DNA from: an uncultured Desulfurococcales archaeon
GTDB lineage: Archaea; Thermoproteota; Thermoprotei_A; EX4484-217-1
Direction: 5' to 3'
Length of the DNA: 55,804 bases
NCBI GenBank assembly: GCA_964496035.1
Contig: CAZBXI010000002.1
Coordinates: forward strand, 26,054-81,857
In this document: piece after piece, positions 35,502 through 44,523 of the stretch
Layout: every line of letters starts with the position of its first letter
How positions within the stretch are numbered: the stretch's first letter is position 1
Program-made: the position numbers and the translations under genes
The notes under the pieces: model-generated
Database searches by the model: none
Told to the model about the DNA's origin: nothing
What the model saw: only the letters and a program-made list of their open reading frames with translations

Positions 35502-36436
35502 CTCAATTATTGTTAATAATAGGCTTACTAGTGTATCCAGGCTTTGTTTTCTCAATACTTTACGGAGGAATCTTAATCTGGATATACCGTAAAATAAGAG
35601 CTAGAATGCAAGGTAGAAGAGGACCTCCATGGTACCAAACATATGCTGACATTATAAAACTATTATCGAAAGAAACTATAATTCCGAGAAACGCTTGGAG
35701 ACCGGGATTTATCGGAGCACCCATAATATCCATAGTTTCTCTAGCTACTGCTATGCTTCTTATCCCGATTTGGTCTAGTAAACCCTTACTAGGCTTTGTA
35801 GGAGACACTATCGTGTTATTGTATTTACTAACTATACCAACATTTGCTGTAATTCTAGCAGGTATTTCATCTAATAGCCCATATGGTATTATTGGAGCAA
35901 GTAGAGAAGCATCATTACTAATATGGTACGAACTACCCTTCTGGTTCTCCATAGCAACAATTCTCATACTAACCGGAACTTTAAGTGTTGAGAAAATAGT
36001 TAGCACCCAAGCCGCATTAGGCCCTAACATTGTTAGAGCACCTTTAGCCTTCATAGCTTTCATAATAGCTGCTCAAGCAAAGCTTGCCAAAAGACCATTC
36101 GATATACCTCATGCTGAAACAGAAATCGTTGCTGGCCCTTACACTGAGTATTCAGGTGTTCTAAGAGGATTTTTTGAAATAAATGAAGCTTTAAAATGGC
36201 TTACCATATCGTCTGTAGCAGCTACGTTCTTCCTCGGATGGCCTATTACAAGTAATCTCGTATTTAATGCTCTATTGTTCATGGTTAAAGTAGCATTGTT
36301 CGCTATAATATTCGCAGTAATAGACATAATTAATCCCAGGTTTAGAATTGAACAAGCATACTGGCCTCTATGGGAAGTAGCGTTAATTATAGCACTAATT
36401 GATCTTGTAAGAATACTTGCCGGAATAGGTGTGTAG
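35495..36436 (+). CDS. NuoH/MbhM/EchB-like membrane subunit
   Basis: 313 aa, polytopic. RKIRARMQGRRGPPWYQTYADIIKLLSKE is the NuoH-family N-terminal signature. Confidence 0.85.
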   Translation: MVAQLLLIIGLLVYPGFVFSILYGGILIWIYRKIRARMQGRRGPPWYQTYADIIKLLSKETIIPRNAWRPGFIGAPIISIVSLATAMLLIPIWSSKPLLGFVGDTIVLLYLLTIPTFAVILAGISSNSPYGIIGASREASLLIWYELPFWFSIATILILTGTLSVEKIVSTQAALGPNIVRAPLAFIAFIIAAQAKLAKRPFDIPHAETEIVAGPYTEYSGVLRGFFEINEALKWLTISSVAATFFLGWPITSNLVFNALLFMVKVALFAIIFAVIDIINPRFRIEQAYWPLWEVALIIALIDLVRILAGIGV

Positions 36437-36438
36437 AG

Positions 36439-36993
36439 ATGAAGGTAAATATTCTTAAAGAAGCTGTAAAGTATTTCGTTAAACCAGCTACAGTACCATT
36501 TCCAGCTGTTCAACCTCAGTTTCCGAAGAAGTTTAGAGGCCCGCCAAGATACGATCCTGAAACATGTATTGGATGTGGAGCCTGCGCACATGTATGTCCT
36601 TCTGATGCAATAACGATTACAATAAAGGACGGGAAGAAAATATTAGAAGTCTGGTTTGGTAAATGCACTTTCTGCGCTAGGTGTGAAGAAGCTTGTCCAG
36701 TAGACTCTATAAAGCTAATGGAAATTTATGGTATGCCTTCATCGAACAAGTTTGATTTCGTCTCTAGAGTAGAACATGACATGGTTAAATGCCGTATATG
36801 CGGAAAATACTTTGCCACAGTAAAGCATGTTGAATGGATAATTAAAAATATTAGAGAGAAAATGGGTGAAACTGTTTCAATAAGTGAACTTAAAAATTAC
36901 TTAATGATATGTCCTGAATGTAGGCATAAAGTAGAGAGCATTCCTAGCCTTAGAAAACTTCTTATGAGAGTTCTGGTTAAAGAGGTGAAATAG
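36439..36993 (+). CDS. NuoI/MbhN/EchF-like 2x[4Fe-4S] subunit with C-terminal CxxC...CxxC extension
   Basis: 184 aa. It has CIGCGACAHVCP and CTFCARCEEACP, then CRICGKYF...CPECRH. Confidence 0.8.
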   Translation: MKVNILKEAVKYFVKPATVPFPAVQPQFPKKFRGPPRYDPETCIGCGACAHVCPSDAITITIKDGKKILEVWFGKCTFCARCEEACPVDSIKLMEIYGMPSSNKFDFVSRVEHDMVKCRICGKYFATVKHVEWIIKNIREKMGETVSISELKNYLMICPECRHKVESIPSLRKLLMRVLVKEVK

Positions 36994-36995
36994 CC

Positions 36996-37451
36996 ATGTG
37001 TGGGGTACTTTGTAAGTTAGCTGCATGGGCTAGGAAGAAGTCTCCTTGGATTTTCCACTTGCCGGCAGGGGGGCTATGTAATGGATGTGATATTGAAATA
37101 GTTGCAGCTTTAACTCCAAGATATGATGTTGAACGTTTTGGGATCTTATTAGCGCCAAGCCCTAGACATGCAGACATACTTGTAGTTGCAGGTCAGGTAA
37201 CTAAGCACACTAAAGAGCGATTACTGAGAGTTTATCAGCAAGTACCGGAACCTAAAGTTGTCGTAGCTGTTGGTTCATGTGCCATCTCAGGTAATGTTTT
37301 CGGAACAGAAAATTACCCGCTAGCAGGAACTGTTGATCAATTTATTCCTGTTGACGTATATGTTCCTGGATGCCCCCCTAAACCTGAAGCAATTATTTTA
37401 GGGATTATTGAAGCAATAAAGAAGCTTGAGGAGAAAACTAGAGAAACATAG
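36996..37451 (+). CDS. [NiFe]-hydrogenase small subunit, NuoB/MbhJ/EchC-like
   Basis: 151 aa. Motifs are GGLCNGCDIE, VAVGSCA and VPGCPPKPE. Confidence 0.85.
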   Translation: MCGVLCKLAAWARKKSPWIFHLPAGGLCNGCDIEIVAALTPRYDVERFGILLAPSPRHADILVVAGQVTKHTKERLLRVYQQVPEPKVVVAVGSCAISGNVFGTENYPLAGTVDQFIPVDVYVPGCPPKPEAIILGIIEAIKKLEEKTRET

Positions 37452-37457
37452 CTTTAC

Positions 37458-38636
37458 TTAAACTATCTTGTCTAGTCCAAGAATTTTAGCTAGCTCCTTA
37501 ATCTTACCTCCACCTCCGAATCTTGCCCAAACAGCGCATGTTCCTTCAGAGGAAACCATGCATGGACCGTAAGGCCTACTTGGCGTACAAGCCCTCATGA
37601 ATAGAGGACAATCTGTGGGCACAGCTTTTCCCAAGGTAACGTCACCGCATTTACATCCTGGAGGTAAGTCTATTGAATAATCTATTTTAATATCAAACAT
37701 GCTTCTTGAATCATAGTTCTTGAACTTCTCTTTTAACTCCAAGCCGCTCTTAGGAATAATGCCTATGCCTCTCCAATCAGCATCAACAATGTTAAAAGCC
37801 TTTTCAACATATTTCTGGGCTACTACATTACCCTCCCAACTATCAACCCTGGAATATTCATTATACACTCTAAACCTATTCTCTAGATGTTGTTTCAGAA
37901 TTTCTAACACTGCCAAAAGAACGTCCAGAGGCTCAAACCCCGCAACAACAGCTGGCAAACGATACTTTTCTGGGATAAATTTCCAAGCCTTAGCTCCAGT
38001 AATTGAAGTTACATGGCCTGGCGCTATAATACCATTCAACGGTATATCAGGTTGGTTTAAAACATAGTCAACCGCCGGGACGGTTAACCTGTAAGCTACA
38101 AGGAGCTTAAGGTTTGGAGGAATTGTTCTTAAAACTACATGGCTTGCTACGCTTGGCTGTGTTGTTTCAAATCCTACAGCTAGGAAAACGCATGGCTTAT
38201 TTTGTTTCTTAGCAATTCTAATTGCATCTAGAAACCCATAGACTATCCTAACGTCGCCACCTAAGCTTCTTGCTTTGGCTAAACTCATTTTGGTACCTGG
38301 AACCTTATACATGTCGCCGTAGGTTAGCAAGGTTACACTATAGTTTAGGGAAAGCTCTATAGCTTCGTCAACTATCCTAGTTGGGGCTATGCAAACTGGA
38401 CATCCTGGACCAGCTATTAACTCTAGTCCTTCAGGCATTAGACTTCTTAAACCATAATATGTTATTGTGTGCTCATGGGTGCCGCAAACATGCATGATCT
38501 TTATCTTTTCTGCACCATATTTTTTCATAACTTTAGGGGCAAGTTTATGTATTCCCTTAACGACATCCCTGATTATGCTCAGCTCTCTGTACATCTTAAC
38601 TATTTCATGCAGTCCTTTCCTCATAAGCGCAAACAC
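37458..38636 (-). CDS. hypD: hydrogenase maturation protein HypD
   Basis: 392 aa. Motifs are MHVCGTHEHT, GPGCPVC, GFETT and the C-terminal Cys-rich CKCGDV...C...C region. Confidence 0.9.
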   Translation of the reverse strand: MFALMRKGLHEIVKMYRELSIIRDVVKGIHKLAPKVMKKYGAEKIKIMHVCGTHEHTITYYGLRSLMPEGLELIAGPGCPVCIAPTRIVDEAIELSLNYSVTLLTYGDMYKVPGTKMSLAKARSLGGDVRIVYGFLDAIRIAKKQNKPCVFLAVGFETTQPSVASHVVLRTIPPNLKLLVAYRLTVPAVDYVLNQPDIPLNGIIAPGHVTSITGAKAWKFIPEKYRLPAVVAGFEPLDVLLAVLEILKQHLENRFRVYNEYSRVDSWEGNVVAQKYVEKAFNIVDADWRGIGIIPKSGLELKEKFKNYDSRSMFDIKIDYSIDLPPGCKCGDVTLGKAVPTDCPLFMRACTPSRPYGPCMVSSEGTCAVWARFGGGGKIKELAKILGLDKIV

Positions 38637-38721
38637 TCTACACTGATTATTTACAATATGTTTTTAACCTAACGAGCTATAAGGTTTTGGAAGAACTAGA
38701 ATTAGTAGGGTATTTGCGGCA

Positions 38722-39750
38722 ATGATGTTGGAAACCATAACCTTAGCTCATGGAGCCGGAGGTAAGGAAACAGGGGAAATTATTGAAAAATTCTTCGTTA
38801 ACTTGTTTAAAATAAAGAGAGTAAGTACGGGCATAGGTTTAGATGACTTAGAAGACTCAGCAACAATACCGCTAAGCGATGGCAGCCACATAGCCTTCAC
38901 TATAGACAGCTATACTGTAAATCCCATATTCTTTCCCGGAGGTAATATTGGTAAGTTAGCAGCTTCTGGAACACTTAATGACCTAGCGGTAATGGGTGCT
39001 AAACCTTTAGCAGTAATGGACTCCATGGTTGTTGAAGAAGGTTTCGAAATTAAACAACTGGAGGAAATTATAAACTCTATGAAAAAAGTTCTGGAAAAAT
39101 ACAATGTAGCATTGATAGGTGGAGATTTCAAGGTCATGCCTAAAGGGCAAATTGACAAAATAGTTTTAACAATGGCAGGTGTAGGCATTATACCTAAAAA
39201 TAGGCTAATAAAAGACTCCAACATTAAACCAGGAGACAAAATCGTAGTTACAGGCCCTATAGGTGAGCATGGGGCGGCAATATTAATAGCCCAGACAGGG
39301 TTAGAAGCTGAAGCTCCGACAATAAAAAGCGATTGCTCGCCGATAATTGATGCTATTGAAGTAGCGTTTAAAGTTGGAGGAATTCATGCAGCTAAAGACC
39401 CTACTAGAGGAGGATTAGCTATGGCCTTAAATGATTGGGCGAGAAAAGCAAAAGTCTCAATAATTATTTGGGAGAAAGAAGTACCACTAAGAGACGAGGT
39501 TAGAGCTTACAGTGAAATGCTTGGAGTAGATCCCTTCAGCCTAGCTTCTGAAGGAGTAGCATTAATAGCTGTAGACCCAGGTAAAGCTGAGAACCTAGTA
39601 GAAGAACTTAAGAACGTAGGGTATAAGGATGCTGAGATAATAGGTGAGGTAAGGAAGGGTAAAGAGGGATATGTTCTAGTAGAAACAATTAGTGGGGGCT
39701 TAAGAATACTAGAACCTCCCGTAGGGGAAATTGTGCCAAGAATATGCTGA
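38722..39750 (+). CDS. hypE: hydrogenase maturation protein HypE
   Basis: 342 aa with the AIR-synthase-like fold pattern (LAHGAGG, DDLEDSA) and the invariant C-terminal PRIC. Confidence 0.9.
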   Translation: MMLETITLAHGAGGKETGEIIEKFFVNLFKIKRVSTGIGLDDLEDSATIPLSDGSHIAFTIDSYTVNPIFFPGGNIGKLAASGTLNDLAVMGAKPLAVMDSMVVEEGFEIKQLEEIINSMKKVLEKYNVALIGGDFKVMPKGQIDKIVLTMAGVGIIPKNRLIKDSNIKPGDKIVVTGPIGEHGAAILIAQTGLEAEAPTIKSDCSPIIDAIEVAFKVGGIHAAKDPTRGGLAMALNDWARKAKVSIIIWEKEVPLRDEVRAYSEMLGVDPFSLASEGVALIAVDPGKAENLVEELKNVGYKDAEIIGEVRKGKEGYVLVETISGGLRILEPPVGEIVPRIC

Positions 39751-39757
39751 GGTGAGC

Positions 39758-40153
39758 ATGATGGGCGAGAAGACATCAAGGAAACTTTATCGTTCACGTG
39801 TAGACAAAATTCTTGGCGGAGTATGTGCGGGCATAGCAGAGTATTTTAACATAGATCCTACAATTGTTAGATTAGCTTTCGTGGCCTTCTTCGTGATAAA
39901 CCCTATAGCAGCAACAATAATATACATCGCCGCTTGGATTATTATGCCTGAGAAACCGCTAAAAGGTGTTCCAGAGGAAATTAAAGTAAAAAGTAAGAAG
40001 AGAGAAGGACTTATTCTAATAGGCCTTTTACTAATACTTGCTGGTGTTATCGGTGCACCCAGGGTATTAGCGGTGATTAGGGATATAACAAATGCTTTGC
40101 TTATAATTTTTGGCATCTTAATAGTAATTATTGCATTAGTTAGGAAAGAGTAG
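39758..40153 (+). CDS. PspC-domain membrane protein
   Basis: LYRSRVDKILGGVCAGIAEYFNIDPTIVRLAFV is the PspC domain, followed by TM helices. I prefer the ATG at 39758 (GGTGAG 7 nt upstream) to the track's TTG at 39731. Confidence 0.7.
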   Translation: MMGEKTSRKLYRSRVDKILGGVCAGIAEYFNIDPTIVRLAFVAFFVINPIAATIIYIAAWIIMPEKPLKGVPEEIKVKSKKREGLILIGLLLILAGVIGAPRVLAVIRDITNALLIIFGILIVIIALVRKE

Positions 40154-40215
40154 CCGGAAAATCGCAATAAAAACCTTTTTAGGAAGTTTAATTAGCATAT
40201 GGCAAATAAAATGCC

Positions 40216-40449
40216 TTATGCTTCTACCTCATATATTGCTTCTAAAACCTCACGCCATGCTTTAATAGTTTCTTCAGCTTCTTTAGGGTCAAGCTTCGAA
40301 ATTATAGTTCCTGCATGGACAATAACGTAGTCTCCAGGTTTTACATCTGGTACAAGTAAACTATCAACTTCTCTTCTTACACCTCCAAAGTCAACGATAG
40401 CTGTCATTTCTTTAACTTCAACAACAATTCCTGGAATCCCTAAACACAC
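40216..40449 (-). CDS. hypC: hydrogenase maturation chaperone HypC
   Basis: 77 aa starting MCLGIPG, the invariant HypC N-terminus. Confidence 0.85.
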   Translation of the reverse strand: MCLGIPGIVVEVKEMTAIVDFGGVRREVDSLLVPDVKPGDYVIVHAGTIISKLDPKEAEETIKAWREVLEAIYEVEA

Positions 40450-40537
40450 AACTTAATGCCTCACCTTACTTCTCTATAGTTGATACGTAAGTAGTAACTT
40501 ATATGTTGAACTTAAGGTAAATGTTTAGAGGGAAATA

Positions 40538-42877
40538 TTGTCTCATGGAAAAATAGCAGTAAGACTTAGAGTTTCGGGGATAGTTCAGGGAGTAGGTTTT
40601 AGACCATTTATTCATAGGATAGCTCGTAAAAGCAACGTAAAAGGCTATGTAAGGAACCTCGGAGGAAGCGAAGTAGAAATCCATGTTGAAGGCACCTTAG
40701 ATAACGTGCTACTATTTCTACATCGTTTAGAGAAAGAGAAACCACCACCAGCCATAATTGAAGAATTAGAATTAGAAAGAACGAAGACACAAAACTTTAA
40801 AGATTTCAAGATCTTAAAAAGCAGTTTTGAATCAAAACTGTACTCAATGATTCCTCCAGATATAGGTATTTGCAAGTACTGCTTAGAGGAAATACTTGAT
40901 CCTAAAAGCAGGTGGTATATGTACCCCTTTAATAGTTGTGCATGGTGTGGACCGCGTTTTTCAATAATGGAAAAGGTCCCTTATGATAGAGAATACACTT
41001 CAATGATAGATTTTCCTCTTTGCAACGAATGTCTCAAAGAATATAGAGACCCAGAAAATACTAGAAGATTCCATGCACAAGGAATAAGCTGTCCAAAATG
41101 CGGACCGAAGGTATGGCTTACAGATAACAGAGGAGAACCAATACCCTCTAAGAACCCCATTTTTGAAGCAGCAAAACTAATAGATGAAGGATGTATTATT
41201 GCGATTAAAGGTATTGGAGGATTCCATATAGCATCTCTAGCTACAGATGACGATGTAGTTTTAACTTTAAGGAAACGTAAGAGAAGACCTCAAAAACCTT
41301 TTGCTTTAATGGCGTTAAATGTTGAAGTAGTAGAGAAAATAGCTGAACCTAGTAAAAGAATAATTGAGGCACTGCTATCTCCTGAAAAACCCATAGTACT
41401 CGTACCTAAGAAGAAAAACACTCCCGTTTCGGAATATGTAGCACCTGGTTTAGACACCTTAGGTATAATGCTACCCTATACGGGACTACATTATATGTTG
41501 CTAAGCTGGTCCCATGATAAGTTCTTAATAATGACAAGCGGGAACCCGAAAGGGAAACCTATGTGTATTGATGAGAAATGTGCTTTTGAAAAATTATCAA
41601 AGTATGTAGACTACTTCCTATTGCATAACAGAAGAATAATCAATAGAGTCGATGATAGTGTTGTTAGATTAACACATGGTAAATTAACTTTCTTACGTAG
41701 AAGTAGAGGTTATGCTCCAAAATGGTTTAAATCACCTATAGAATTAGATAAACCTATAATAGCTTTTGGTGCTGAACTAGCTAATGCAGGAGCTATTGGA
41801 ATAAAGAACTACATAATACCCACTCAATATATAGGTGATATGGATGATTATGAAACACTATGTTTCCTAGAAGAAGCATTAATGTTCCTTGCAAAAACAT
41901 ACCATATAGATTTAAGGAAAGCTATTTACGTATCCGACATGCACCCCCAATACGCTACAACAAGACTCGCTAGAGAATGGTCCGAGAAATATTCATCTAA
42001 AATAATTGCCATTCAGCATCACCATGCGCACATAGCGTCCGTAATGGTGGAGCAAAAAATACCATACTATAAGTGGGTCGTGGGTATCGCTATAGATGGA
42101 GTGGGTTACGGTCTTGATGGAAATATTTGGGGAGGGGAAGTTCTATTAGCATCATATAGTAGTTTCAAAAGAGTAGGACATCTAGTATACCAGCCTATGC
42201 CGGGAGGAGATTTAGCAACATTATATCCTGTACGAATGCTAATAAGCTATATGATGCAGACATTCGGCGAGGACTACACTAGAAAATACATTATTCGCAA
42301 TGGACTACATAAGTGGCTAAAGTATGGTTTAAAAGAATTAGACATAGTAATTAGACAAGTTAATAGCGGGTTATCACCAATGACATCAAGTACAGGCAGA
42401 TTTCTGGACACCATATCTGCATTACTTGGCATATGCTATCTAAGGACGTATGAAGGAGAACCTGCAATGAAGCTTGAAGCATATGCTAAGAGGAATAAGG
42501 GCAAAGTTCTAGACTACCAACCTAAAATAACAGTTGAAAATGGTGTTTTTCTAATTGATGTTGTCGACATGTTCAGGTGGGTATTTGATAACCTAGAAAG
42601 TAAGAGGAAGGAAGATATTGCTTCAACAATACAGTACAATGTAGGTGAAGCATTAGCTGAAGTAGCCTTAAAGGCGATGAAAGGAAGAAAAATACTTCCA
42701 AAAATCTTAGTTAGTGGTGGAGCGGCTGTAAATGACTTCATCATTAAGGCCATAGTGGAAAGAGCAAGAGAAGAAGATATCGAAGTAGTATTCAATACCA
42801 AGGTACCACCGGGAGATGGAGGACTAGCATTAGGGCAGGTAGCTATAGCAGCATCACAAATTGGGAAACATACATAG
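40538..42877 (+). CDS. hypF: carbamoyltransferase HypF
   Basis: 779 aa. It has an acylphosphatase domain (VSGIVQGVGFRPF), two CxxC-x18-CxxC zinc fingers, a YrdC-like domain (IKGIGGFH) and a Kae1-like C-terminus. Confidence 0.92.
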   Translation: MSHGKIAVRLRVSGIVQGVGFRPFIHRIARKSNVKGYVRNLGGSEVEIHVEGTLDNVLLFLHRLEKEKPPPAIIEELELERTKTQNFKDFKILKSSFESKLYSMIPPDIGICKYCLEEILDPKSRWYMYPFNSCAWCGPRFSIMEKVPYDREYTSMIDFPLCNECLKEYRDPENTRRFHAQGISCPKCGPKVWLTDNRGEPIPSKNPIFEAAKLIDEGCIIAIKGIGGFHIASLATDDDVVLTLRKRKRRPQKPFALMALNVEVVEKIAEPSKRIIEALLSPEKPIVLVPKKKNTPVSEYVAPGLDTLGIMLPYTGLHYMLLSWSHDKFLIMTSGNPKGKPMCIDEKCAFEKLSKYVDYFLLHNRRIINRVDDSVVRLTHGKLTFLRRSRGYAPKWFKSPIELDKPIIAFGAELANAGAIGIKNYIIPTQYIGDMDDYETLCFLEEALMFLAKTYHIDLRKAIYVSDMHPQYATTRLAREWSEKYSSKIIAIQHHHAHIASVMVEQKIPYYKWVVGIAIDGVGYGLDGNIWGGEVLLASYSSFKRVGHLVYQPMPGGDLATLYPVRMLISYMMQTFGEDYTRKYIIRNGLHKWLKYGLKELDIVIRQVNSGLSPMTSSTGRFLDTISALLGICYLRTYEGEPAMKLEAYAKRNKGKVLDYQPKITVENGVFLIDVVDMFRWVFDNLESKRKEDIASTIQYNVGEALAEVALKAMKGRKILPKILVSGGAAVNDFIIKAIVERAREEDIEVVFNTKVPPGDGGLALGQVAIAASQIGKHT

Positions 42878-42948
42878 AACTTTACGCATAAAATCTATTG
42901 TTCAAAGTTTAAATTTTAAAAACTAAATAGTTAAAGTGGGGATAAACT

Positions 42949-43332
42949 ATGGTAACCTTAAAGTTTACAACAAGAGCAGCAAATGACCCAGCATACGTAG
43001 TTACCGTAGGCCTCTCCAGACCATTAAAAGACGCTTTTATAGGCATGGAGAAGACGAAGATAAATAAAATTGGTAGGAAGCTAACAAAGTATTTATCATA
43101 TAGAATAGCTAGCGCACTAATAAAGAATGGTTACGATTTACCTCTTCCTGAAGGCTACCTACTTAAGGTCCGCGGAGAAGTAACGTTTGACTATAGCGAG
43201 GAAGGCGGAGAGATAAACGTTAACGTTAAGGGAGTAAAACTATCAATAGACATCTTCAAAAAAGAAAAATCCATAGCTTACTCCGAAGGAACTTTGGAGT
43301 ATCCAGCAGTAGAGGAAAAGGCTGAAGAATAA
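42949..43332 (+). CDS. hypothetical protein
   Basis: 127 aa ORF with an AT-rich promoter-like stretch and GGGGAT upstream. No motif recognised. Confidence 0.4.
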   Translation: MVTLKFTTRAANDPAYVVTVGLSRPLKDAFIGMEKTKINKIGRKLTKYLSYRIASALIKNGYDLPLPEGYLLKVRGEVTFDYSEEGGEINVNVKGVKLSIDIFKKEKSIAYSEGTLEYPAVEEKAEE

Positions 43333-43344
43333 AAGTGATAGGAA

Positions 43345-44523
43345 ATGCCATTAACCATAGACAATGAGCTTAAAATAGTTTTTAACAAAGACTTCTACAC
43401 GAAAAAACATATTTTATGGGGAGGCTTTGAAGACGGAAGAGTAGTTGACGCATCGGAGATTGCATCCAAAATATCATCCCTACTTAACGAAATAGTTCAC
43501 GTGAAAACAGATGATGTGGAGAAAAGAAAGTTCACATTCTATACAAAAACCGCAACACTAGGTACAATATATTTTGGAAAACCTGAAGAATCTTATGTTA
43601 CGGCATCAGCAACATTAACTAGCGTGTATAGTGCTGTTTTAGAGAAAATATTTAAGACAATATCTGCAGATGGGGAATACCCTATTGTAATGGAAATAGT
43701 TAATGACTTAGAAAACCCTAGCCAAATATCTATAAATGTATTACCTAAGGAATATTTGAAAACCCACGAAAACATACATAAGAATATTGTAGAATATGCT
43801 TGCGAAATAACATCTATTCCAAGACCTCTTCTTGAAGACCTTGTTAGAAGACACTCAGAATACGGAGTAATAGCTGTCTTCAAGAGAAATGGGAGAAGGA
43901 AAGTATTACCGCCAACGTTTAAGCCTCCTAAACACAACATACCCTTACTGCCGAAAACGTGTCCCATAGGATTTATTGTTGGTTATTCTCCTAATTTGTC
44001 GAAGTGGTTGATTCTATATTATGATCCCATAGGATATTATGGCGTAGAATATTATGAAGTAAGCAAAGACGGGTTTAAAAGCCTATGGAAACTAAAGTTC
44101 ATGGAGAAAGAAGAGCTTGGAACATTTAGACTAGCAGAGGTAGAAGGTAATTTACAGGTAGAGAAATGGATGAACATTTTAAACGTTAGTGCAAAAGTAG
44201 GGTCTAAACTAGAAGAAGTAATTACTAAAGATAGCTTTAGTGTTGAAGATCCCAACGTATTTTCAGCATTCTTCATAGTCCCTGTTAGAAGAGTGAGTGA
44301 AGAAGTTGAGGAATGCGAAATATATATTTATAGCAGGTACTGGGGATCTCCTAAGCTTATAAGAACTAATGTTAAGCATCATAAGGAACATGGTCTAACA
44401 GGGTTAATGTGGATAAGAGAAGTTAACTTAACACCTTCTATGAAGTGGCTTAAAACAGGTTGGAAAGTTTTAAGTAGAATATCCCTTATAACAGCATGTG
44501 TTTTAAGTGTTTTAAAAAGCTAA
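43345..44523 (+). CDS. hypothetical protein
   Basis: 392 aa ORF placed 12 nt after the previous one. No motif recognised. Confidence 0.45.
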   Translation: MPLTIDNELKIVFNKDFYTKKHILWGGFEDGRVVDASEIASKISSLLNEIVHVKTDDVEKRKFTFYTKTATLGTIYFGKPEESYVTASATLTSVYSAVLEKIFKTISADGEYPIVMEIVNDLENPSQISINVLPKEYLKTHENIHKNIVEYACEITSIPRPLLEDLVRRHSEYGVIAVFKRNGRRKVLPPTFKPPKHNIPLLPKTCPIGFIVGYSPNLSKWLILYYDPIGYYGVEYYEVSKDGFKSLWKLKFMEKEELGTFRLAEVEGNLQVEKWMNILNVSAKVGSKLEEVITKDSFSVEDPNVFSAFFIVPVRRVSEEVEECEIYIYSRYWGSPKLIRTNVKHHKEHGLTGLMWIREVNLTPSMKWLKTGWKVLSRISLITACVLSVLKS

